A stretch of 64,000 bases of DNA from Tubiluchus corallicola. Its lineage: Eukaryota; Animalia; Priapulida. This document shows, piece by piece, positions 52,741-64,000 of this stretch. The stretch spans positions 930,001 to 994,000 of the forward strand of contig JAQGDQ010000022.1 in assembly GCA_030141605.1 (NCBI GenBank). Direction: 5' to 3'. Under the pieces are notes generated by a model. It saw only the letters and a list, made by a program, of their open reading frames with translations, ran no database searches and was not told where the DNA came from. Each line of letters starts with the position of its first letter. Within the stretch, counting starts at the first letter, position 1. The translations under genes and the position numbers were made by a program.

Positions 52741-55700
52741 TTAAAGAAATAATAAGGGGTGAAATGGGACCAAGCCAGAAAAATGACTATCTAGTGGACA
52801 TATCTAGGGCAATTATACCAATTATTTGTTTGCATGATAAAAGGCCATTAGAATTACAAAAGTCACAGAATGCGGGTTTATACTTCGCAGGAAACAAAAA
52901 TGAGTGATGACAACTAAAACTAAAGGGTGGGTTAAAAAGACAAAGGACAGTAGTTAAACGGTGGAGCTACAATCTTTAAGACTGAGTAAATTAGCATAAA
53001 TTACTTGTTATTTTGCAGAACATTCTTAAAGCAGCTAATGCTTCACATGATCAGATGATTGCAGTTGCGGGTTACTTTTTAACGTTTATACAATTGTAAT
53101 TTCGTAACAGCAATTTCTCTCCATCTCAAGAACTCAAACTATTTTTGTAATTTAATAAATTCGTATTACTGATCTAGATAACACTTGCTTTACTTTCTAG
53201 CTACATTCATAACCAAGTTTATAAGTTGGGGTTCGAAGAGATTTGAGTATCACTGCGCAGTGAGAAAAGCAGTGCAACGGCAAAAAAGTTAAGTAACTTA
53301 CAGTTTAAGCAAGAAACAGATATGGCAGAAATGGCCGACAGAACGACAGTTCCGTCTATGTTTTAAACGGCTGAATCTCTTTTCGATTGTAGGTCAAATT
53401 CGTTATTAGACATATAACCGAATAAGCCGATTGAGACTAAATATCAACTTTATAAAGAATGTACGATTCATGTTTGATATCCCTGTAAACAAAGGGTACC
53501 TATAGACTAATGTCGGCGCGACTCTACCCACGACATCATTACCATTAGCGTCAACAGCACCTCAACGCCTTTAGTGGCTTTAAACAACACTTGGCATACC
53601 ACTAAAAGCATTGAGGTTTTTATTATCATGTGTTTTACTTCTGTTTTGATGTATTTTATGTATTATATATGTACACTTTGCACAGCGTTTAAAAACAAGT
53701 AACATGAGATTTTAAGCTTTGTAGATACTAATAAATTTAAAAACAACTAGGACTACGCTAGCTTTAATCAGAAATCTTAAAATACTGACACTAAAATATG
53801 ACACCATTTTTCTTGAATAAATAACGTAATAATAACTTATACCTTAATATTTTCAAACACCTCCGTTCGATTTTCGAAACATTTTCAAGAAACACGTTGA
53901 TAAAATAATGTATGGAAAAGCACCTCATGAGCCCACTCTGCAATAGAAGCAGCAGGCGCCAACTGGCGTCTCTTGCGAAGAATGCGATCAACTCCAAGCA
54001 AGTGATTATAAAAAATCACCCAAGTCACATTTATGCTGCTTACATAAATAAAATATAAATGCAGATTTTTGTGATATGTTATTATTTTTAGAAAATCATA
54101 TCTTCCTTTTGTTCGCTCTGTGGAGTGAACCAATAAAAAAGTTCTACCTATGTAAGTTGTGTATTTTGGGGTAGGATTTATTAATGTAAAAAATCAACAC
54201 TACTCCTTTAATCACTAAAATACGAGACATTGACCAGTTTTTGATAAAACGCTGAAAAAAAATTAATTCGATTTCTTTTTCTACCACTATATACCCAAGA
54301 CTTTTATAAATGTAACAAACTAATGAAATTGCTCTCTTGCAGTTCAACCAAAATACATAAAGACGTGTCAACTTAGACAACTAAAAAAATCTAAAAGAAA
54401 AGCTTATTTTAAATCAATAGTTTGTCACACTAACCACTATTACAGTGATATAAACTAATCACCTATACACCTATAGTAAATAATGTGACCCAGCAGAATG
54501 TCACATAATTGTCGCCTACAGGAGAAACAGCTATCAATCATAATAAGCTTGCTTGTTCAAGCTACCCTGGCTATAATCATAAGGAGATATTATACTAGGT
54601 GCCACTTTCACAAATTAGCAATTTCTGTCTCCCGGCGATAGCGACAACCCTTCAGAGCCTCATTACAAGTACTGTAATCTGATCATACGGTTCCTCGGGC
54701 TGACGAGTTTTTAACCACTACTATACAGCAACCGAGAACTGTATTTAATACACAACTGCAAAAACACTCTGCCTGTCACAATCTCAGCGGGAATATTATA
54801 ATTAATCGAATTTGCATCTCTCTACAAGTAAACATAATATCGCTTTGATTTGCCACATCGACACTCTGGTTTATTTTACTATGAGAATGAAGGGGGGGGG
54901 GCACGAAGTGGGAGCCATGTTTTAGATCTTACGAGTTTTAAACATTCGCCTACGCTCGCTACCTAAGCTACAACTTAGCACACAACATTCTTAACAAACC
55001 ATGCAATCATCTTATACCTCCTCTTATCAATAAAGTTATGCATAATATATTGAGACTACTGTTCACAGTCTTATTGACTAAACCTTAAAATTATTCCTAT
55101 ACAACCACTAAGAGTATATTTAAAAAAAAAAAAAAACTCACAGATAGCCAAACGACTAATTTCTAGTGCCTAAACAGTTACTTATTAATGTGCTGCCTTT
55201 CTGACAAACTTGATTACATTTATTTTTAATTCAATGCTTAATATTTGTGAACAGTAAATTTCATCGGGTACGATGATTTTAATACATATAGCTTTGTAAT
55301 CAACGCACTGAACAAAAAAATCTGTAATTAATGAACGCGTAATTAAATATTTATAATCCTAATAGCAAGATTAATAGCAATGATAACACGTACCCACTAT
55401 GATTATTAAGCTTCAAAAACAAACCCACCCCAAAGTAAGGAAATGGGAAGAAGTAGAGTGAAAATGGATTTAAACCAGGCCCTTTAAGTTTCTGGAAGCT
55501 TATGGTTCAAATCCAGGCTAAACCTCGACTTTTTTCACAATTCCTTCCTTGTCACCTGTTTTAGTTTAAAAAACTAATAATTGTGCATTTATTACATTAC
55601 TGACCTAAAGACGTATTTCTTTGAAAATAAACAATATTTATTAATATTAGTGTACAAAACATGCCTGTAAGAGCAGTTTTTTTTAATTTAGCTAAACACT

Positions 55701-58700
55701 TTTTGCCTTCACTTTGTGGATTTACTCACAACTTGAATCCATTGAATTTTATCAGTGCCATTAAACTTCATTTTGCCATAGTGGCGCCCTTAATATTTTC
55801 CGTTTCGGATTTTATCACAACAATATTGGCACAAATTTTGCAAGCAATTTTTAGTTTCAATTTATCTCGAGAATTATCCTACATTCTCCTAGACCTAGAT
55901 CGCTATAGCGTACATATAATTCAATAGTACAGCAGTCCAATCTAAGGGAACCTCTCACTAAGGGAAAACGTGTGATTTAACATTTAAATTTAATGTGATC
56001 TGAAACGGGTGCTCACTGATTTCTCTCATGCAGGCCAGGATTCACGTTCACATCAATTATTAATCTGTCTTCATTAATCAAGAACTCTCAAACGAGAAGT
56101 AGTACGCTCTGCTGTATAACAAGCAATTATACATGCAGTACGAACGCTGTTATTCGCACACTATAGCTTCATTTGCTATATTCTATAATCTTAATTTTTT
56201 AATTAACCAATTAGTTAATTAAATTAGTTAGTTTACCACTAAGCAATGAATGAAAACGTTTTGTATTTCCATCTTGGATCTGCAGCTCAAATTGAAAAGG
56301 TAGAGCATCCTATTTCCAATCACGTTGACTCGGGGTTCGGGTCTCGTCTGACTCACACTTTTCGCCATTTCTATTGTTCCTTCATACCTTAGTCGCTAGG
56401 TTAATTATTGTTGAACATAAACCGCAATGGCCTATTAATTCCGACATATCACAGTCAATCTCGGGATCCATTCTAACATTTTTTAGTTATTATAATTTTA
56501 GGGGTGATGTAATCAGTACAATTCAGAATATATATTTGAAAAGCAAAATATCGAAAATAATAATACAAAATAACCCAATAACCCAATGCACAAGACTGAA
56601 ACACCTAAAACATAAACGGAGGATCGTTAATGCACAAGGAGATATTTATGTTATTAGGATATTCAATTTTTTAGTTCAACGTATTGAAAGTGCATATATA
56701 TTACATACAAATTTGGATATTTAATGAGTTATCAGAAATCAATCAAAGACCGTATTATCCGGGCCAGGAATAAGAAGATTACCTATTAAAAAATATTTAA
56801 CTGCTGACTTACAAATGGCAGAAAAAATTGTGTTTAACTGCCTCTTATATCAGACGATTATTTATTCGCTTTAATATAGTCCCAAAGTCTGTATTCTCGA
56901 GGAATTGTGCGCAGTAAATATGTTCAAAAAAAGACTACAAGCAAAATTAATTCTTCAGCTGACCCGCCAAAGGGATATACTGCGGTCTAGTGCTTAAGTA
57001 CCAAACAAGGATCAGGATTTTCACTGTATGTATGTACTGAAAAAACGTGAAATAAAATAAATACCAATAAAAAACTTGGAATGAATATAATACTCTGTAG
57101 GCAGTCAGCTGCAGTAAATAGAACATAAATGCTATAAGATACTTGGTGAAGTGCTAATTAATCATCAGCAATAATTAAAAAAATCGAATCGCGCAATTAA
57201 TTAAGAGAGAAGCTACGGTGGGTAGTATACGACCCACTACTCAACCCTGAATCAATTACTGACAAAAATATTCCACTACGTTAAAATGTTTCCAAGTCTT
57301 AAACTATTTTTATGCTACTATAAACTGGCTGGCACCGAGCGTATGATAAAATCGCAACAAGCAAAGCTATAGATGAAGGGCGTCAGAAAGCATTAGACTA
57401 TAGCCAAGTTGAAGTGCCGGCTTTAAAACTTTCAGGAGCCATGCAGCTAGTTGTACAACAACAAAAACAGACCAAAAAGATTCAGCGGCGCTCTGGAAAT
57501 GAGAATGACGCTGTACGCCAAATAAACGAATACAAGTTATTTACTATTAATAAATCACGAATTTTCACGAATATTTGGTGCCAATTCACGAGATCAGCAT
57601 ATCTACAACTCGTCACATCTGTATGAATCTACATTAATAAATTTTGTCTTCACGGAGATACATTTACCCCTAGAAGCATGTATCAGCATTAAATTTTTGT
57701 ACAGTTCGGCACTTCATACAAACAAGCCAAATAGGAACATTTAAGGTAGTGTTCTGTCTGTTTAATATACATGATTGTGACGGGACCGGAATTTACATAA
57801 TACATGTATCAAAGATAGTCCCCTGAGACAGGGCCAAAATTGGCAGTGTCGTCTACTCATCTTCATGTTCGGATACAAACACGTGATACATACTCCGTCA
57901 ACAAGAGTCAGCTTGACATATGAAACAGCTTTTCTGGTACACTGGTGGTGGTCACCCATTTATTTGCAACATTGCTAAATTTTGCTCACTTACATCGCGT
58001 CACACTTATTTCACTCGCCCCCACAATATAATCTGAGCTGTCCAACACAGGAATTCAACTCATAGCCTTTTTAAGGTAAGACAGGCCAACCATTTGCCAA
58101 CACAAATGCTCTTTAAGGTTTCACAAATCAATAATTCGCTAATTATACACTTTTCTCAGTTTTAAAATCTATTGCAAATAAAATCTGCAGATATAAACCA
58201 ATAACTAGCTTCAGGAACAATAATTTGATTTTGCTTAAATCAATTCATAGTGAAATAAACACTGAGAAAAAGGTTTAGACAAATTTAATGTGCATATTTA
58301 AGCATTCCTTGTGGTCATCATCAAGACAAAACCACAATCTAGAAATTTTTATTTATTTGATATCAAAACAGTATATATTTAAATCACATTAATAATATTT
58401 TTGTTTTATTGATAGGTCTCCTCTGTCAGCAATTTTTTCACTATATGTAGCTGCATTAAGGTTCTAGTTAAACATAAGAATTAATTCATATATTATTTAA
58501 TTATTGCATACTTTGCCGTTAACTTTGGAGCTAGAAACACAATAACATCTAATTGATAGTTGATGTGAAAGAACATAAAGTTAATACATAACTAAACAAT
58601 ATATATATATATATATATAGTTCAATGAAGAATGTATGACGAAAGGTATTTTCAAACAAACTTAAAATTAAACACATTTTAGATAAAAAATTTCTAAAGC

Positions 58701-59393
58701 CGTCTTTTCACAAAAAATAATTTAGTTGTACATGTGAACTGGCAAAAATCTTTTCTAGACAGTGTTAGTGCACATTCTCATAAAAATTTATAATTTTAAC
58801 AACACCAATATCGTTTTATGTAATATATAAATAATTTACTACTGTATCGTAAAATAATTTCTTATTTATATCGGACAAACATTATGAACTGTGAAAGTTC
58901 GCCGGATATAAAATGGCGACGGGTTTTAGTGTTCCATTAGCGGTTGAGGGTCAATTCACTATTTACACTAGTTGGTCTTTTTTGGTTGTGCAAATAACTC
59001 CTGAAGTGGATTGGAGACAAGGCGAGTTCAGGCAGTACAGCGAATAATAGTCTTCTATACTACCTGCAAACTAAATTCTATTAACAAGAACCTACAAGCA
59101 CCATAAAAGAAAGTCTAAATAAGAGTTTCGATGCACAGAACTTTTTTGATAGGTATTTGGAGGGGCAAAGTTAAACTTAGCTGTCGAAAGACTCAAGTTA
59201 ATATTATATCAATAACCAAGTTTAGTCCACAGATAACGGTGAATGTTTTTATCTGGTGTCATGCCCGTTAAAAACCCCTTAAGTAAGATACTTTTCATCC
59301 AGCAGCCCTGAACTTACATCCCACAATAAGTAAATAGCGTTAGCCAAAAACCAGGTGGTTATAAATTATTATACCATTATGTCATGTGCACTG

Positions 59394-59560
59394 TGCGCTT
59401 AGCGACTTAAGTGAAGCAACCTTAGGCCTAGTTAGTAAATAGATGGCTGACTGCCAGGAATGTCTTTTCTGTGCTACATGCGCTTGGTGATTGAAATCAA
59501 GTAACATGGGGCTTGATTAGTAAATGGCTAGGTGACCACGTGAAACCTATTTCCAAGCAG
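59394..59560 (+). repeat. Two tandem degenerate 5S-rRNA-like segments (SINE3-type relic)
   Basis: ~85-bp duplicated unit resembling the 5S internal control region (AAGCAAC...GGCCTAGTTAGTA...GATGGCTGACTGCC); too diverged to be a functional 5S gene. Confidence 0.4.
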
Positions 59561-60756
59561 TGCATGGTAGCCATATCGCCTCCAGCTGTGCGTTATGCAA
59601 CTTGCTGATATGGATGCGTTTTCTACTCTGCGGAACAGCTTGCGGAGAAGCTAGCGGAAAAAATCAATAGGAAATAGCAGCAGAAAAAGAATAACGCATC
59701 CGCAGACTGCACAAACAGTTGCATTGAAAACAATATAAACCGCTTTTATCTACTCCACACCCCCAAAGCGCATCCGCATCCAAGTTACATAAACGCCGGT
59801 TAGTGCGATAATTACGTTTGCATTCGACCATAGTTAAGACACCAGTGCTTGTTCAGTATCTCACGTTAGGCGAATAATTTTGATACTTATGAGGTAGGTT
59901 CCTATAGAACAATTGCAGTAGATAGTTAGTATTTCAAACTTTTCAATGTCATGTAGCAAAAAGTTTAAGACGACTAAAGATGTTAAAAGATTATAGGAAA
60001 GATAAATCTCAGCACTGAATTCAAACTTTGACGCTTTAGAAATGAAGACTATAAATAAGTTATATACAAAGTTAAACAACGTGACAACAGTAGACGAAAA
60101 AATGCAACTTTATAAGTCCCATTGCTGGCTCCTGAATGAAGTTAAGTAAGTTTCCAAATAAAATATCTAGGACTCTAACAGACAGTTTATGCATGTCAAT
60201 CAAAATTTAATCACTATCAGACAATTCAAAAAAGTGTGGTGCAAGATAATTTGTCAACAAACACATAAAAGACTATCACTAGACGTTTCAGACTGTTGCC
60301 TGATAAGATATTTTTTGTTAGACAAGTTTATCTTGTACTTTAATAAGCTCGTCCCAGAACCTCTGAGCTACAGTGCTGTAATAACAAACACCAACATTTT
60401 GGTGTGTAAACAACCACAAATGCTGACCACGCATGACGAAATTCGCCAAGCAAAAGAGGCAACAGCCACAAAAAGTTTCTATTTCACAATTAATAGCATT
60501 ACCGAATAATAAAACTGCTTTTCGATTCAGACAACAAGCAATATTGAAAATGTCAACAATTTCTTCGACCGTATATCCAATCATCAAACTAGTAGCAAAG
60601 CAGCATTGTGCACTTATGTTGTTAATGCAATGTTTCAATGTACAACATTTTATTTTTGCAAAAATGAGATTTAAAGCTTGTATGCGAAACTACACATTTA
60701 TTGGGCACAGATCACTCTAGTCACAGGCACATATTGGATACAAACCGGTCAGTAAA

Positions 60757-60895
60757 CATATATATATATATATATATATATAATGATGACGATGATGACG
60801 ATGGCGATGATGATGATGATGATCATCATCATCATCATCATCATAATAATAATAATAATAATAACAGTAGTAATAATAATAATAACGGTAATAAC
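60757..60895. repeat. Compound microsatellite (TA, GAT, CAT, AAT)
   Basis: Directly visible; accounts for the poly-D/H/N ORF at 60701. Confidence 0.9.
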
Positions 60896-61644
60896 CTTTA
60901 TTTAATGGGAGTTTTAAATTCAACAGACAATACAAGCCATGAAGCTTTTATCGCCAACTGTAAATACCAAACTACACCTACATTAGCAAAGATTATTACT
61001 GCCAGGCTTTACTTTTACCCTAATTACCCACGTGCCAGGCAGGGCAACAGCAAGTGTCTGAAATGAGGGAGCCACAGTATCGAACCCACGACCTCCCAAA
61101 CAGAAAACAACATCATAAAATGGCACAAATAAGAGATGTCTTCTTCTGGCATAATTGAACTGTAGCAACATTATATGATCATCGTAAGGATCGAATCTTT
61201 ACTGACCCTAGTAAAAAGATGAAACAGAAAAAGTTGGGAAAAGATAAGGTCAGTAATAAAAACTGTTTATTGGCATATGAGCAATGTCATTGAAATAGGT
61301 TTTTGAATACTTAAAAGTGAGGTGGTTTGAATCCTGAATCATATTTGTAAAAACTAAAATAATATTTGATTTTGTATTCTTGTAATTTTTATTGTGAAGT
61401 AACTATAACAAATACTGGTTTCATCTCAGAAATTGAAAAATCCTACTCTTCATCATCATCTGCTTTGAGAAAGTATTAGTGAATGGTTAGGTTTTGCCTC
61501 TATGTAGAAATCCTGCCAATAATTACTCTCAAGTTAAACTAAAGTACCTACATACAATATATATATACGGTCCTGTACTATTTACTCTTATATTACGATT
61601 TTTGCCGAAACTTTCATTTGTAGGAAAGGACTGTCAATATGTGT

Positions 61645-61885
61645 ATGTCGAAATTCTCAAAATGTGCAGAAAAAAATAATTGTGCCCAATTAATATGCCA
61701 GGTGTCCTGGCCAACACGCTTTGTGTCGAAACTTACATGTCCAAAAGTACCTGTGCCCAATGTGCTGTGTATCAAAACTTATGTATATATACAAAAGTAA
61801 ACGTGTCCAACATGTATGTCTAAATATCCATGCTCCGAAAAGTTTATGGCGAAAGTGGTTGTGCCGAAAAGAATGTGCCAAAAAG
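61645..61885. repeat. Degenerate short-period repeat array (TGTGCCGAAA-like core), probably a transposon subterminal relic
   Basis: Recurring TGTCGAAA, TGTGCCCAAT, TGTCCAAAA, GTGCCGAAAAG and GTGCCAAAAAG. Confidence 0.45.
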
Positions 61886-64000
61886 CTTAGCACCTTCAGA
61901 TTATTAAAAACAAAATGTTAAAATTTAACTAAGGAAGAAAACGTTTCAATAATTTTCATTATAGTTTGATTATCTTACAGGAAATTACCGGCTGTACACC
62001 ATTCAGTGTTACGAATTTCGATTGTATATATACTGTTCCCGTGGATGGCTGTGCAAAGTACTTCATACACACTTGTCCATGAATTATAAAACACTGCATT
62101 CGAATTCCAGCTGCACACCTAGGAAAATATTATCTAGATCGGATTTAATCTTCAAAATGTAAGCAAATCTTTCACGGAAGATGTCTGGTGCCTTGCTTGA
62201 CATGTACTGAAATGATTATTTCTACTTTACTTGACTAGTAGCTAAAGTACTTAAGAAGCCATAGTCTAAGTATTTACTGTTAGAACCCTGGTAGTAGTGT
62301 TTTCAACGTTTATGTGAGCAACAGCTGGTTTGCAGACAACCCTGTGAAATATTGAGGAGCCCAAATGTGGCCATTTAAAAATATTATCTCAACAAGGATT
62401 TCCTCTTCCCATCTGCCGCTGCATCTTCATCTTTTCCGCCCACTATTATTTATACTAACGGCTATTGCATTTTGCCATATTTTTCTACTGAAAGCCATAA
62501 ATTACCCGCCAAGTGAAAATGCAGTATTGGTTTCTCTGCGCCTCAGCTCGAGCTGTCTCAGAGACACCACATTTCTAAATTTACAAATAAATACGGCAAA
62601 GCGCGAGCTGTGCACAGCCAACGGGGATTAAAACGGGCTTCATCTCCAACTTCTTTCTCTGTGTACATGTTCAGCGAAGTTGTTAAAACGGCGGCTTTTC
62701 GCGAGTCTGTCTGCCGACGTTGGTGCCATGGCAGTAGTCTCCCCCTCTCAAATATTATGAAACTCAATCAGAACGTGGTGCCGTTCTCTAATCTCGCGAA
62801 TAAACGCGCGGCACTTGCGAAAACTGAACGTCATCAATAGCGCATCTTAGCAATCCGCGAGGCCCCGCCGGGAGTCGCCGATAATTAGATTAAGTTTGCT
62901 GTGGAAAAATGGCTGATAAACTTGGCAGGCTTAGCGAGGAGACAGAAACATTCCATGTTGATCTTCTTCAATTCCTGTTGAGTAAGGGATGCATCAGAGG
63001 AATGCGTTTCATTGAAAACTGCATTGAGTGGCGCCTCGAGCTTCTTAAGGACCCACCTAGGTGACGTGTGATGACATGCAGCTCATGACACAGAGGAGAA
63101 GATGCTACCGAACAACAACTTACATTATCTCCGTCATAAACTATAGTATTTGTGATTGGAGTTTTTAAATGAAAGCATTCAAACTGCTTTATAAGGCAAA
63201 CCAAAGAATTAAGAGTTAAAATTTGAAATTTCATGAAAACAAAATTCTGTTACGCCACCTAGCCTGGATAGTTCTTTAGTTTTCGCAAATGAAGTGACTG
63301 TACATGATAACTACAACACTTCTGTGTTTTTTTTCAGATTAACAAAAGAACCGTCATAACACGTAAAACGTAAGTTAAACGCTGGAGATCTCCAATTGCT
63401 GGGGATCAGCGTGAGTTTAAAAGACTGAAAAGTATACATCACACCGCAGTTCCTTTCCTAGTCTATTTTTGCATTTTCGCCATATTCACCATAAATAAGA
63501 AATTAGAGATATATGGTCTGTTTAACTTATTCTCTAAAGTAGCGCTAAGAGTATAGTCTATTTTCTTAACGCTTTCTGGCAATCCTTCCATCAGAAATGA
63601 ATTTGATTGAAATAATAATAATTATAAAATGTAGAGGTAATGAAAGTAAATAACAAACAAAACTTAAACTGCTAAAATGACGTGCGTCAATTTATTACAA
63701 AGACACTTTTATTTTACTTTTACGCAATAATCACTTAGTTTTGTAATATGCACTCCGGAAATTAAAAATTAATTTTCTCGGACGGATTCTCCTTGTGCTT
63801 GAGTTTTAGAAATAAGAGATTAAGACGACCTAAAACACAGCCTTGTAATTTTTTGCTAGAACATGATTAATTAGTCAAAAAAGCCTGTCGCTTTCGTAAT
63901 AATAAACAAGCGTTTTTCACTTTCCCTGCATGTTTTAATAAAAACAGCGTTTGGTCATCATTGCTACGCCACCTACACTGCCTTTTTACACGCATTTTCC

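Noticed and set aside
56275-56365. tRNA-like A/B boxes
   Set aside because: No cloverleaf can be formed; at most a decayed SINE head.
57762-57959. Minus-strand PPPVY resembling the I-Smad PY-motif exon
   Set aside because: In-frame stops lie immediately before and shortly after it, and there are no suitable splice sites. I found no MH1 or linker exons in 48006-64000.
60701-61066. Poly-D/H/N ORF
   Set aside because: Microsatellite translation.
61990-62120. AG...GT-bounded open segment on the minus strand
   Set aside because: No Smad similarity in any frame; cannot be linked to a gene.

Overview
AT-rich, intron-containing animal (probably invertebrate) genomic DNA; the species cannot be determined. 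I assembled exons by hand from GT-AG boundaries and reading-frame continuity; all protein family assignments come from recalled motifs, not database searches. Four protein-coding loci: (1) a small uncharacterised multi-exon gene on the minus strand (~132-3535) that the ORF track does not show; (2) a C2CD6/ALS2CR11 (CatSper-tau)-like C2-domain gene on the plus strand (9203 to at least 18856, 3' end unresolved) whose first coding intron looks U12-type; (3) a complete 14-exon dymeclin (DYM) gene (26080-36209, 675 aa); (4) the terminal MH2 exon of an inhibitory Smad (Smad6/7/Dad) on the minus strand (47437-48005), whose upstream exons I could not find in the window. The left ~37 kb is CpG-poor and carries many transposon relics (two gypsy fragments with LTRs, pogo/Tc1 and hAT MITEs, an Academ-like relic, a LINE fragment, a foldback hairpin). 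The right ~27 kb is CpG-rich non-coding DNA with many GC-type Smad motifs. The best candidate for a 'system' is a BMP-feedback regulatory block around the I-Smad, next to DYM as SMAD7 is in human. I found no evidence of a wholly new molecular machine.
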